A stretch of DNA of 64,000 nucleotides from an uncultured Chloroflexia bacterium (GCA_963743255.1 CAVUPD010000009.1:221827-285826), one strand, 5' to 3'; shown: positions 10,588-21,758, counted from the first letter of the stretch. Notes: a model not told the origin generated them from the letters alone. Translations and numbers: made by a program.

Positions 10588-12826
10588 TTAGGGGGTGGGT
10601 GTTTCAGTGGCGTCGCCGCCCTCGGGCGTCGGCGTGCGCCACACGCCGATCTGCGACTCCCAGGGGTAGAGCGTGAAGGGGCGTCCAAAGAAGTACGACT
10701 CGACCACGCGGCGGAAGATCGGCGCCGCCCACTCCGAGCCCTCGCCTTGGTTCTCGGCCAACACCACGACGGCGATGTCCGGTTTCTCCGGCTCGTTGCG
10801 GAATGTGTAGCCGGCGAACCAGGCGTGCGAACTCCGTCCCCTCACCACTGGTCGCCGTGCCGGTCTTGCCGGCCAGGTCGATGTTCAGACCCAGGAAGCG
10901 GCGGTAGGCCGTGCCTTTCGGCTCGCGCACTACCTGCGTCATCGCCTGTTGAATGAACGCCAGGTTCTCGGCCGAGACCGGGAGTCTTGCCCTGTTCGAC
11001 GACGGCGAACTGTCGGCTGACCGCGCTTTCGGCGGTCTGGATCGTCTCGACAATCTGTGGCTGATAGAGCGTCCCGCCGTTGCCGACGGCGGCGATGAAG
11101 CGTGCCACCTGCAGAGGCGTGACGCCCATCGAGGCCTGGCCGATCGCCAGTTGCACCGAGTCGCCGGCGCTCCACTCCCGGCCGAGGTTGGCCAGCGTCC
11201 ACTCCGGGTCCGGGATCAGGCCCTGTAACTCACCGATCTCGATCCCGGTCGACTGGCCCAAGCCAAAGCCCTTGGCCATGTCGGGCAGCGCCGTCGGGAA
11301 GCCGCGGTCGAACAGCGCCAGCCCGATGTGCCAGAACCACGGGTTGCATGAGCGCTCGAGGCCCTGCATCAGCGTCAGCGTGCCGTGCGGCGGCAGTTCC
11401 TTGACGACGGTCCAGTCGTGGCCCGTGAACCATCCGGGGAGTTCCTCGAAGTAGTTGGTGCACGTGTACTCGCTGTCCGGCGTGAAGGTCTTGGTCTCGA
11501 GTGCCGCCGCCATGGTCAGGATCTTGAACACCGAGCCGAGCGGATAGGCGCTGTCGGTGGCGCGGTCGAGGAACGGGTTGTCGTTGCGTTGGCCAAGCTC
11601 CGTCAGCCCAGGGCCGCTGTTCGGGTTGTTGGCGTTGAACAGGTTAGGGTTGAACGACGGCGACGAGGCGATGGCCAGGACGCGCCCCGTATTACGCTCC
11701 AGGACGACGATCGCGCCGCGCAATCCCTCCAGCGCCTGCTGCGCCTCGAGCTGGAGGTTTCGGTCCAGCGTGGTCGTCACCGCCTGCGGGACGCCGGGGT
11801 CGCGCGACGCCAGCGGCGTGAGCACCTGCCCGCTCGTGTCGCGGACATACAGCGTGCCGCCGGGCCGGCCGTGCAGCTCGTTCTCGAACACGAACTCCAA
11901 CCCGGTCTGCCCGACAAACTCGTCCCCGGCGTAGCCGCGCCTGCCGGTATTCGTCGGCCTGCTCCACGGTGATCTGTGCCACGTACCCGACGGCCTGCGA
12001 CGACTGCTCGCCCAGCGGGTAGTAGCGCCCGGAGTAAGTACCCCAATTCGTCCCGCCGACGGCCGCCAGCGTGCCCTCGATGCGCTGGAAATCTTCCAGC
12101 GCCACCTCGCCCAGTGGGATCAGGTAGTCGGTGCCGCGGAACGGCTCATACAGCGCCTGGATGCTGCCGGTGCTGCGGTCGAACAAACGACCGAGGACGG
12201 TCAGCATCGTTTCCTCGGCCTTCTCGTCGCCGATCAGGTTGGGTTGGATGTAGACAGCCACGACGTCGGCCTGCACCGCCAGCGCCAGCCCGTTGCGATC
12301 GTAGATGTTGGCCCGCGTCGGCGTGACCACATCCATGAACAGGCTCGTGCCCTGGGTCAGCTCGGGCACGACGGTCGTCGGCGCCCAGGCCACCTTCCAC
12401 TCCCCCGCCTCGCGCATGAGCGACAGGTAGGTGTCGCGCACCACGTCCCCGACCACCGAACTGGTGAGTGTGATGCGGTAGGAAACCTGCGCCTCGCGTG
12501 GATTGACCAGCGACGAGGTGATCTGGTAGTCGATCGACGCCAGCGCAGCCGTCTGCTTCACTTCCTGATAGAAGGAAACGAACTCTTCCTCGGTCATGAC
12601 TGTCCTGGCTGAGGGGAGTGAGCAGCGCGTACATCGCCGGGAGGTCATCACGCTTCCACGCATCCAGGAACAGGCGGGCGCCGATCTCTGGATCGGGCGC
12701 GGCGACGTTGGTGATGACCGGCGTCGGCAGCGTCGGGCTCGGCTCAGGCGTCTTGGGGCCGGAGCGCAGGGTGCAGCCGGCGAGCATCCCTCCGACCAGG
12801 AGGCCGACGGCCAGCGCGCGCTTCAC
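10588..12826 (-). CDS. Lipoprotein class B penicillin-binding protein with NTF2-like (MecA_N) N-domain (about four frameshifts)
   Basis: Lipobox LAGC; RANIYDRNG; SXXK (GSVFK), SXN (SCN), KTG (KTGTA). Confidence 0.88.
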
Positions 12827-13502
12827 GCGTCCGTCCCCAAGATCGCGGGTAGATCTCGCAGGTGTAGTGCGTGTGCGCCTGACAGGCGGCGGGGATGTCC
12901 GCCCCCGACGCGAGCCCGCGCCGCCGCATCAGCCGTGCCAGGTGACACAGAGGCAAGCCCATCACGTTGGCGTAGCAGCCGGTCATCCGCTCGATGGCCA
13001 CCGACTTAAAGCCCCGATCCTGAATGCCGTAGGCGCCGGCTTTGTCCAGCGCCGCGCCGGAGCGAACGTAGGCGTCGGCTTCTGCGGGAGTGTACTCGCG
13101 GATCGGGACGTGTGTGGTGCAGACGTCGTGCGCCTCCCAGGACTCGCCCGCCACCAGCAGGGTCAACCCGGTGACGACGTCGTGCTCGCGCCCGCGCAGC
13201 GACTCCAGCATGGCGAGCGCCTCGCCGCCATCGGCCGGCTTGCCGAGCAGCGCGCCGTCCAGCGCCACGACCGTGTCGGCCGCCAGGACCAGCGACCCGG
13301 CCGGCGAATTTGCCGCCACCGCATGCGCCTTGACCCGGGACAGGCGGCGCGCCAGTCCGAGGGCATCCTCGCCGGCCAAAGGCTGCTCGTCGGCTTCCGC
13401 CGGCCTGACCATCGCCGTCCACCCCGTCAGCGCCAGCAGTTCGCGCCGGCGCGGCGAGGCCGAAGCCAATACAAGCAGTGGGACCGCGGCTCCAGAGGTC
13501 AT
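12823..13502 (-). CDS. maf: Maf family nucleoside triphosphate pyrophosphatase
   Basis: LASASPRRRELL, AADTVV, LGKP, DKAGAYGIQ, NVMGLPL; likely frameshift near 12845 restoring a GTGA overlap with the PBP gene. Confidence 0.92.
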
Positions 13503-13634
13503 GCGCCGCGATTCTAACACAGCGATTGTCGCGCCCGCCGGAGCACGATGTTAGAATGGCCCGTCGGTCGTCAGGTGGCTCCATCGCCGCGGCCGATCGA
13601 CCGAACCTGATTTCGCTTGCGATCCAGGACCCAC

Positions 13635-14546
13635 GTGGCCGTTTCTCCTTCCTCCCGCAAATCCGCGCTCCCTTACCTCGCCATGGCGATCGGTGTGGTG
13701 GCGTTGGGATTCTCGGCGCTGTTTGTGCGCTGGGCGAACGCGCCCGGCCCGGTCACCGGCGCCTACCGCATGGGTCTGGCCAGCATGGTCCTGCTTCCCC
13801 TGGCCATGCGCCGCGGGCGCGGGCGTGCCTGGCCGCGCCGCGGCGTGATCTTCGCCGTGCTCGGCGGGACGTCGCTGGCTCTCGACATCGCCCTGTGGAA
13901 CACGAGCGTCAACATGACCCGGGCCGCCAACGCCGCCCTGTTCGGCAACACGGCGCCATTGTGGGTGGCGGTCGCCGGATGGGCGTTCTTCGGCGAGCGA
14001 CTGCCGGCTCTCTTTTGGGGTGGTCTGGGGATCACGCTGCTGGGCGCGGGCGCCGTCGCCGGCGCCGATTTCCTCGTCCATCCGACGCTCGGCTGGGGCG
14101 ACGTGCTCGGCCTGATGGCGGGCGTGTTCTACGCCGGCTATTACCTGGCCACGCAGTTCGGCCGCCGGCACCTCGACTCGGCCCGCTACGTCTGGCTGGC
14201 GGGCGCCGCCTCGGCCACCGTTCTGCTGCTGATCTGCCTGCTCGCCGGCCTGCCCCTCACCGGCTACTCGCTACAAACGTATCTGGCCTTCTTCGGCGCG
14301 GCGCTGGTGACCCAGTCCATCGGCTATCTGGTCGTCGGCTACGCCCTCGGCCACCTGCCCGCCTCGCTCGTCTCCCCGATCATGATCGGACAGCCGGTGA
14401 TGACCGCACTGCTCGGCATCCCATTGCTCGGTGAACCCCTGACCTCTGTACAGTGGCTCGGCGGTGCGGCCGTCGTGACCGGCGTGTACCTGATCAACCG
14501 CGCCCACAGCCGCCAGGCGCCGGAGCCTCCCGAAGCCAACGCTTAG
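13635..14546 (+). CDS. DMT/EamA family transporter
   Basis: Ten hydrophobic segments, EamA duplication. Confidence 0.88.
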   Translation: MAVSPSSRKSALPYLAMAIGVVALGFSALFVRWANAPGPVTGAYRMGLASMVLLPLAMRRGRGRAWPRRGVIFAVLGGTSLALDIALWNTSVNMTRAANAALFGNTAPLWVAVAGWAFFGERLPALFWGGLGITLLGAGAVAGADFLVHPTLGWGDVLGLMAGVFYAGYYLATQFGRRHLDSARYVWLAGAASATVLLLICLLAGLPLTGYSLQTYLAFFGAALVTQSIGYLVVGYALGHLPASLVSPIMIGQPVMTALLGIPLLGEPLTSVQWLGGAAVVTGVYLINRAHSRQAPEPPEANA

Positions 14547-14652
14547 GCGAGCAGAGCCCGCGCCCAAAGCGAGCCTCGCCCGTCGGCTCCGCATTCGAAC
14601 CGTGTGTGCGCCGCGTCCAGCTGCCCGCCATCGCGATGGTACAATGCCCGCG

Positions 14653-16086
14653 ATGGACCTGTTCGACCACGCGTTGGCGCAGCGACTGGCCCGGGAGGCG
14701 CCCCTGGCGGCGCGCATGCGCCCGCGCACGCTCGACGAATTCGTCGGCCAGGATGCCATCGTCGGGCCTGGCCGCTTACTGCGCCGGGCGATCGAGGCCG
14801 ACCGACTCTTCGCCTCGATCCTGCTGTGGGGGCCCCCCGGCTCGGGTAAGACCACGCTGGCGATGGTCATCGCCAACACCACACGTTCGCACTTTGAGAT
14901 CATCTCCGCCGTCCTGGCCGGCATCCCTGAGCTGCGCCGGGTGATCACCGAGGCCACCGAACGCCGCAAGCTTCACGGGCGCCGGACGATCCTGTTCGTC
15001 GACGAGGTCCACCGCTGGAATAAGGCGCAGCAGGACGCGCTCCTGCCGCACGTGGAGACCGGCACGCTCACGCTCATCGGCGCCACGACCGAGAACCCCT
15101 ACTTCGAGGTTATCGGCGCGCTGGTCTCGCGATCACGCATCTTCCAGCTGCGGCCGCTCGAGGACGATCAGGTGCGGCGCGTGATCCGGACGGCCTTGAG
15201 CGACTCCGATCGCGGCTATGGCGGACGGCCGATCCGCCTCGACGACGATGCGCTGGAGCACCTGATCAACGTCGCCGGCGGGGACGCGCGCAATGCCCTC
15301 AACGCCCTCGAGCTGGCAGTCGAAACGACCCTGCCCGGAGCCGACGGTGCTCTGCATCTGACGCTCGACGTGGCGCAGGAGTCGATCCAGCGCCGCGCCG
15401 TCCTGTACGACAAGGACGGGGACGCCCACTACGACACGATCTCGGCCTTCATCAAATCGGTGCGCGGCTCGGATCCGGACGCAGCGCTCTACTGGCTGGC
15501 CAAGATGTTATACGCCGGCGAGTCGCCGCGCTTCATCGTCCGCCGGCTCTTGATCCTCGCCGGCGAGGACATCGGGCTGGCCGACCCGTTGGGGTTGGTC
15601 GTGGCCTCCGCCGCGGCCCAGGCCTTCGAGTTCGTCGGTCTGCCAGAGGGCATCTATCCGATTGTCGAGGCGACGCTCTACCTGGCGACGGCGCCGAAAT
15701 CCAACAGTGCCACGGCCTACTTCAAGGCCCTGCGCCTGCTGGAAGAAGAAGGCCAGATCGAGGTGCCGAGGCATCTGCAGGATGCCAACCGTGATGCGGC
15801 CGCCCTGGGTCACGGCGCCGGCTACCGCTATCCGCACGAGTTTCCCGAACACCATATTGGCCAACAGTATCTTCCCACTTCCTTGCTGGGCACCTACTTC
15901 TACCGCCCGTCCGAGCAGGGCTATGAGGCCGGCGTCGCCGATCGGCTGGAGCGCTGGCGGCAGGCGCAGCGCCTGGCGTTGGGCATCGAGGCCGGCCGCC
16001 ATGCACCCGAACTTTCGGAGGCCGAGGTACTCGAGCTCAAGCGCCAGCACGGGCGAGGGCCGATCACCGGGCGCGAGACGGCATGA
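14653..16086 (+). CDS. rarA: Replication-associated recombination protein A (RarA/MgsA AAA+ ATPase)
   Basis: [55 protein letters not shown]. Confidence 0.95.
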   Translation: MDLFDHALAQRLAREAPLAARMRPRTLDEFVGQDAIVGPGRLLRRAIEADRLFASILLWGPPGSGKTTLAMVIANTTRSHFEIISAVLAGIPELRRVITEATERRKLHGRRTILFVDEVHRWNKAQQDALLPHVETGTLTLIGATTENPYFEVIGALVSRSRIFQLRPLEDDQVRRVIRTALSDSDRGYGGRPIRLDDDALEHLINVAGGDARNALNALELAVETTLPGADGALHLTLDVAQESIQRRAVLYDKDGDAHYDTISAFIKSVRGSDPDAALYWLAKMLYAGESPRFIVRRLLILAGEDIGLADPLGLVVASAAAQAFEFVGLPEGIYPIVEATLYLATAPKSNSATAYFKALRLLEEEGQIEVPRHLQDANRDAAALGHGAGYRYPHEFPEHHIGQQYLPTSLLGTYFYRPSEQGYEAGVADRLERWRQAQRLALGIEAGRHAPELSEAEVLELKRQHGRGPITGRETA

Positions 16087-16697
16087 CCACGCTGTACTTG
16101 ATCCGCCACGCCGAAAACGACTTCATGCGCCAGCACAAACTGGCCGGCTGGCTGCCGGGGATCCATCTGAATAACCGAGGTCGCGCTCAGGCCGAGGGGC
16201 TCGTGCCTGTCTTCGAGGGCCTGCGATTGCAGGCGCTCTACAGCAGCCCGCTTGAACGCACGGTCGAGACCGCCGCCCCGCTGGCGCGGGCACACGACCT
16301 GGCTGTTCACCGGCGTGCCGGGCTGGGCGAGATTCGCTACGGCCGCTGGCAGGGCCAGCCGCTGAGCCGCCTGCGCCGGCTCAAGCTGTGGTCACAGGTG
16401 CAGGCGACGCCTTCCCGCGTCACGCTGCCGGAAGGCGAATCATTCCGCCAGGCGCAAGCGCGGATCGTCGACGAGCTCGAACGGATCCTGGCGCTGCACC
16501 GCGGCGCGGTCGCCTGCTTCTCACACGCCGACCCGATCAAGCTCGCGCTGGCTCACTACCTTGGGCAGCCGCTCGATCTCTTCCAGCGCCTGACGATCGA
16601 GCCGGCGTCGGTCAGCACGCTGCTCATCGGCGACGGGCGGGTGCGTGTGCAGTCGATCAACGACACCCGCGCCACGCGGTCGCCGGGCGCTGGATGA
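16083..16697 (+). CDS. Histidine phosphatase (MSMEG_4193-like putative phosphomutase)
   Basis: LIRHA, SSPLERT, GESF, FSHADPIK; ATGA overlap with rarA. Confidence 0.88.
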   Translation: MTTLYLIRHAENDFMRQHKLAGWLPGIHLNNRGRAQAEGLVPVFEGLRLQALYSSPLERTVETAAPLARAHDLAVHRRAGLGEIRYGRWQGQPLSRLRRLKLWSQVQATPSRVTLPEGESFRQAQARIVDELERILALHRGAVACFSHADPIKLALAHYLGQPLDLFQRLTIEPASVSTLLIGDGRVRVQSINDTRATRSPGAG

Positions 16698-16740
16698 TAT
16701 ACTTCGCCGCATTCGCATCCCGGGGCGGACGGAGCACGTG

Positions 16741-17268
16741 ATGGCGGGCAAGGAGTACGAACTCAATCCAGTGTCCCGCATGACCACCGGCACCGTCGGG
16801 CCGGCTGGTAAACGCGTGTTCTATCTGCAGGCTCGGGGCGAAGCCGAGACCGTGACGTTGATCGTGGAAAAGGCCCAGGTGCAGTCGCTGGCCATCGGGC
16901 TGGAACAGTATCTGCAGGAACTGCAGCAGCGCTTTCCCGCCCTGGAGGAGGCCAGCCCCGACTTCGATGAGTCCGAGATGGACCTCGAACTGCCCGTCGA
17001 TCCGGCCTTCCGGGTGGGGCAGCTCGGCCTCGGCTACGACGAGGCCTCGGACCACCTGGTGTTGGTGGCGCGTGAGATCCAGCCCGAGGGGACCGACCCT
17101 GAGGAAGCCTCCGTGGCACGCTTCTGGTGCACGCGATCCCAGCTCTGGGCGATGTGCCGCTGGGGGATCGAGATCGCAGCCCGCGGGCGTCCGATCTGCG
17201 GAAACTGCGGCGAGCCGATCGACCCGGAAGGGCACTTCTGCCCGAAGCGGAATGGGCACAAGCACTAG
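16741..17268 (+). CDS. DUF3090 family protein
   Basis: GTVGPAGKRVFYLQA, FRVGQLGLGYD, C-terminal GRPICGNCGEPIDPEGHFCPKRNGH. Confidence 0.88.
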   Translation: MAGKEYELNPVSRMTTGTVGPAGKRVFYLQARGEAETVTLIVEKAQVQSLAIGLEQYLQELQQRFPALEEASPDFDESEMDLELPVDPAFRVGQLGLGYDEASDHLVLVAREIQPEGTDPEEASVARFWCTRSQLWAMCRWGIEIAARGRPICGNCGEPIDPEGHFCPKRNGHKH

Positions 17269-17538
17269 CTGGTAGCTGTCAGCTTTCAGCCGTTAGCTTT
17301 CAGCTCATTGCCCGTCACTCGAGCATCAGTTAATTGCACGCCGGCAAAGGGACCCAGGAAATCGGTGTTCTCCGGAATCAGGCGGCATTGGTCCCCATCG
17401 GCATGCAATCGACAGTCCTTGCCATTGTGCTCATGCGCGGCACCGGAACAGAGAGCGTGGAAACAACCCGACAGTCGCCCCGTCCGAGCGTGGCCAATAG
17501 TTGGACGCTGACTGCTGATCGCTGATCGCTGACCGCTT
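17267..17538. repeat. Inverted heptamer-repeat tracts flanking a ~200 bp spacer
   Basis: agctggt agctgtc agctttc agccgtt agctttc (17268-17305) versus gctgact gctgatc gctgatc gctgacc (17507-17537). Confidence 0.65.
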
Positions 17539-17539
17539 C

Positions 17540-18256
17540 ATGCCCTCCCCCGACCCACTCACGATCCTCTCCACCGGCACCCTCGAGCTGAAGGGTCAGT
17601 TCGTGTGGGGGTCGAATTACACTTTCTTGGTGCAGGCATCGCTCGGAAGCGAAATCGTCCCGGGCGTCTACAAGCCGGCGCGCGGCGAACGCCCGTTGTG
17701 GGACTTTCCGGAAGGATCGCTTGCCCAGCGCGAGGTGGCGGCCTACGTCGTCTCCCGCACCCTGGGATGGGATCTGGTCCCGCCGACGGTCCTGCGCCCG
17801 GACGGCCCTGCCGGCCCGGGCTCGCTGCAGTTGTTCGTCGACGCCGACCCCGAGCGGCACTACTTCAGTTTCAGCGGGGCCGAGAAGCAGCGGCTGCGCC
17901 CGGCGGCGCTCTTCGACCTGCTGATCAACAACGCCGATCGCAAGGGCGGCCACGTCCTGCTCGGGGAAAGCAACCACCTGTGGTTGATCGATCACGGCAT
18001 CTGCTTTCACATGGAGGACAAGCTGCGCACGGTGATCTGGGATTTCGTCGGCGAGCCGATCCCCGACGAGCTGCTTGCTGGATTGCGTGCCTTCCGCCGT
18101 GGGATGAAGGAAGATGCCGCGCTGCGGGCGGAGTTGGCGGCGCTCCTCTCTGCACCGGAACTGTCGGCGCTGCAGGCCCGCGCCGGCCGGCTGCTCCGCC
18201 TCAAACGCTTCCCGCCGCCCGGCGCCGGACGACCGTATCCATGGCCGCTGGTCTAG
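17540..18256 (+). CDS. SCO1664 family protein (PI3/PI4-kinase-like fold)
   Basis: GSNYTF, YKPARGERPLWDFP, REVAAY, NNADRKGGH, LIDHG, YPWP end. Confidence 0.9.
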   Translation: MPSPDPLTILSTGTLELKGQFVWGSNYTFLVQASLGSEIVPGVYKPARGERPLWDFPEGSLAQREVAAYVVSRTLGWDLVPPTVLRPDGPAGPGSLQLFVDADPERHYFSFSGAEKQRLRPAALFDLLINNADRKGGHVLLGESNHLWLIDHGICFHMEDKLRTVIWDFVGEPIPDELLAGLRAFRRGMKEDAALRAELAALLSAPELSALQARAGRLLRLKRFPPPGAGRPYPWPLV

Positions 18257-18280
18257 CGCCGCGGGCGCACACCATGAGGG

Positions 18281-19363
18281 ATGACGATGCCTGACGCACT
18301 ACGCCTCGCCTTCCTGGGTTTCGGCAACGTCGGCCGTGCACTGGCGCGCCTCCTGGAAACAAAACGTTCGGATCTCGAGGCCGGCTATGGGCTGCGCACC
18401 CGCGTCGTCGCCATTGCCACCGGACGGCACGGAGCCATCGTCCGTCCCGAGGGGATCGACGCCGTAGAAGCAGCCGAGGCAGTCGAGGCCGGTCGTTCGA
18501 TCTCCGGCTTGGGCACCCCCGCCCCCGCCGACGGCCTGGCGTTCGTCCAGGCGCTGGAGGCCGACGTCGTGCTCGAGTCGATCCCGGTCAACTACCAGAC
18601 CGGACATCCCGCGTTCGGCTACCTCGAAGCGGCCCTTGCGCGCGGCCTGCATGTCGTCAGCGCCAACAAGGGACCGGTGGTCCACGGCTACCGCCGCCTC
18701 ACCGACCTCGCCCATCAGCACGGGGTCCGCTACCTGTTTGAATCGGCGGTCATGGATGGCGCCCCGATCTTCTCGCTGTGGCGCGAAGCGCTGCCCGCCG
18801 CCGTGCTGTCGTCCTTCCGCGGCATCCTGAACTCGACGACCAACTTGATCCTGACGCACATGGAAGCGGGCCAAACGTACGATCAAGCGCTGGCCTACGC
18901 ACAGTCGATCGGGATCGCCGAGACCGACCCATCGGGAGACATCCTGGGCTGGGATGCGGCGGTCAAGGTAGCGGCGCTGGTTACGGTCCTGATGGATACG
19001 CCGCTCACCCCGGAACAAGTGGCGCGCCGCGGGATCGACGGCCTCTCGCTGGAGCAGATCGAGATGGCGACGCGCGACGGACGTCGCTGGAAGCTGGTGT
19101 GCACGGCGGAGCGAACCCCGGCAGGAATCGTGGCTCGCGTCCAGCCGGAGCTCGTCGATCCGTCCGATCCGCTGTACACCGTCTCGGGAACCTCGTCGGC
19201 GGTCACGTTCACGACCGACGTGTTGCCTTCGCTGACGGTGACCGAAGGCGACCCCGGCCCGCTGACGACGGCTTACGGTATGCTCGCCGACCTGGTGCGC
19301 GCCTCAGGCGCACTCCACGATCCGGCCCCCCGCTTCCCTGGCGCAGACACGAACCCTTCCTAG
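18281..19363 (+). CDS. hom: Homoserine dehydrogenase
   Basis: GFGNVG, VVSANKGP, FESAVMDGAP, GILNSTTN, AETDPSGDILGWDAAVK. Confidence 0.9.
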   Translation: MTMPDALRLAFLGFGNVGRALARLLETKRSDLEAGYGLRTRVVAIATGRHGAIVRPEGIDAVEAAEAVEAGRSISGLGTPAPADGLAFVQALEADVVLESIPVNYQTGHPAFGYLEAALARGLHVVSANKGPVVHGYRRLTDLAHQHGVRYLFESAVMDGAPIFSLWREALPAAVLSSFRGILNSTTNLILTHMEAGQTYDQALAYAQSIGIAETDPSGDILGWDAAVKVAALVTVLMDTPLTPEQVARRGIDGLSLEQIEMATRDGRRWKLVCTAERTPAGIVARVQPELVDPSDPLYTVSGTSSAVTFTTDVLPSLTVTEGDPGPLTTAYGMLADLVRASGALHDPAPRFPGADTNPS

Positions 19364-19557
19364 CAACATGCTGAGCCACCGGTATCCCGCCTCATCCCAC
19401 GACGCCGACTCCGCTGACAGCAGCCCGTCCTTTGAGCGATCGTGGCGGAGAGGCGGCGGGAGATGCGGGGCTCCAACAAGCATGCGTATTCCTCCCACAA
19501 CTCACCAGGGGAGCTCAGGGCGCAGTTGCCCGATAGCCTCCGAAAAGTCACACCACC

Positions 19558-20616
19558 ATGCTTGAACCGCTTCCCCAGCCGGACTCACAGGCCGGCGCCG
19601 CTGTACGGGTAATCGATGCCCCGGCCATCCCCGGATTGCGCTTCCGCCGTCTCACCGGATCGAGTGACTACACCGCCCTCGCGCGCCTGCGCGCCGCCTG
19701 CGAGCTTGAAGACGGCGGCGACGAACTGGTGACCGAAGCCGACATCGCCAACCTCCTTGAGAATCCGGTCGAGACCGATCCCTACCGTGATCTGATCCTC
19801 GGCGAGGTCGGCCAGGCGATGGTGGCGCTGCATTGGTCGAGCCTCCGCATCGTGGAAGGCATGTGCGTGTCTACTCTGCGGGGCTACGTCCATCCGGCAT
19901 GGCGGCGCCGCGGGATCGGTGCCCCGCTCCTGGCGCACGGCGAAAGCCATGCGCGCATGGTTGCATCAGCTTCCGGCGCCGGCACGCCTGGCGTCTGGCA
20001 GACCATGGCCAACTCGCTCGAGCCGGGGGCGCACGCGCTATACCGGGCGTCCGGGTACACCGCCTTTCGCTACGCGTTCACCATGGTCCGAGACTTGGCG
20101 GAACCGATCCCGGCGATGGAACTCCCGGCAGGGCTCGAGATCCGCCCGGCCCGCCCGGAGGACTACCGCGCGATCTGGGAGGCAGAACGCGAGGCCTTTC
20201 AGGATCATTGGGGCTACACGCCCTGGCCGGAGGAGAACTTCCGACGATTCCTGGGTTTCCCGCACTACGATCCTGCCCTGTGGCGCGTCGCATGGGACGG
20301 CGACCAGGTCGCCGGAATGGTGCTCAGCTACATCAACGCCGATGAAAACGCCGTGTTCGGCCGCCTGCGCGGCTACACCGAAGACATCGCCGTCCGTCGT
20401 CCATGGCGGCGCCGGGGCTTGGCCTCGGCCCTGCTGGCCGCCTCGTTGCGCGCCCTGCAGCAGCGCGGTCTGCATCAGGCGTCTCTGGGCGTCGACGCCA
20501 AAAACCCCAACGAGGCGCTGCGCCTGTACGAACAGCTCGGGTTCCGCACTACGCTCCTATGGACAACGTTCCGCCGCGCGTGGATTGGACCGGACCCCGA
20601 GGGGAGCACCCGATGA
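19558..20616 (+). CDS. Tandem-domain GNAT acetyltransferase (MshD-like architecture)
   Basis: Two acetyl-CoA motifs VHPAWRRRGIG and VRRPWRRRGLA; AFQDHWG; LGVD..N..A..LY..LGF. Confidence 0.85.
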   Translation: MLEPLPQPDSQAGAAVRVIDAPAIPGLRFRRLTGSSDYTALARLRAACELEDGGDELVTEADIANLLENPVETDPYRDLILGEVGQAMVALHWSSLRIVEGMCVSTLRGYVHPAWRRRGIGAPLLAHGESHARMVASASGAGTPGVWQTMANSLEPGAHALYRASGYTAFRYAFTMVRDLAEPIPAMELPAGLEIRPARPEDYRAIWEAEREAFQDHWGYTPWPEENFRRFLGFPHYDPALWRVAWDGDQVAGMVLSYINADENAVFGRLRGYTEDIAVRRPWRRRGLASALLAASLRALQQRGLHQASLGVDAKNPNEALRLYEQLGFRTTLLWTTFRRAWIGPDPEGSTR

Positions 20617-21251
20617 CCGACCAGGCTCAGCCGGCCGCCGTTCGCGCCGTCCTGTGGGATTTGGGCGGCGTGATCCTGCGTACGATGGATTGGGGCCCGC
20701 GTTCCCGGTGGGAAGAACGACTCGGGCTGGCGCACATGCAGCTGACGCGCCTGGTCTTCGAAAGCGATGCCAGCCGACGAGCGACTCTGGGACAGGCCAC
20801 GGACGACGACGTATGGGATTCGGTTGCGGCGGCGCTGCAGCTCGATCCGACGACCCGCGACCAGCTGCGCCGCGAGTACTTCGCCCACGATAAGATCGAC
20901 GCCGCCTTGATGGAATTCATACGCGGCCTTCGCCGCCACGTCCGGGTCGGCATGATCACCAACGCCTGGCCGGGCGTGCGCCGCTACCTGGAAACCGAGT
21001 TCCAGATCGCCGATGCGTTCGACCCTCTGATCGTCTCAGCCGAGGTTGGCATCGCCAAACCGGATCCGCGCATCTACCAGCTGGCGCTGGAGAGGATCGG
21101 CGTCGACGCGTCGGCGGCGGTCTTTGTGGATGACTCCGAGGCCAACGTCATCGGGGCACGCTGGGCGGGAATGCAGGCGGTGCAGTTCTCTTCGACCCCG
21201 CAGGTGATCGCCGCGGTGCGCGGGCTGCTGCGCGGACCCTCGGCAGACTGA
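20613..21251 (+). CDS. HAD-superfamily phosphatase
   Basis: WDLGGV, ITNA, KPDPRIY, FVDD; ATGA overlap. Confidence 0.88.
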   Translation: MTDQAQPAAVRAVLWDLGGVILRTMDWGPRSRWEERLGLAHMQLTRLVFESDASRRATLGQATDDDVWDSVAAALQLDPTTRDQLRREYFAHDKIDAALMEFIRGLRRHVRVGMITNAWPGVRRYLETEFQIADAFDPLIVSAEVGIAKPDPRIYQLALERIGVDASAAVFVDDSEANVIGARWAGMQAVQFSSTPQVIAAVRGLLRGPSAD

Positions 21252-21758
21252 GCGCGCGGCAGGCGCCCACAGCCTCTGCCCGGTGCTGCGCGATGACCCG
21301 CTTCATCTCCGTTAAGACTGGGCAGGGAGAAAGGCGAGCCCCCTGCCATTCGCATGACGGCCGGCACTGCCGCTCTTGCCGGAAGGCCCCGTCCGCTTGC
21401 CGTAGGGAAGGGCGACCTCTGACCGCAGGCATCGAATTCGATCCCAATGCCGTCCCGCAGGGCGTGCGGTGCGATTGGGTCTTGGGTCGGAGGTGGCCAC
21501 GGCCTACAGGGGCGAGCAGTCCTGCGATGGCCTGAGGCTCTCGAGTCCACTGTAGGCCACGCCGGTTAGCAAGTCAATCGGCGTATCGCTTAAAGAAGGT
21601 ACCAACCGGCTGGACGACGCGTTCGCTCACGCCGCCAGGGCTATAATCCCGCCACCGCCGCCGCGAAGTTGGCGTCTCATCGGCCCCCTCCCCTGACCAC
21701 GCCTCAGGAGGAGGATCCCTCGCAGGCACCGCCGGGCAGGCCCAGGGAGGATTGGATC

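Noticed and set aside
19558-20616. Mycothiol synthase mshD call
   Set aside because: Only the tandem GNAT architecture is shared; no mshA/B/C in the window
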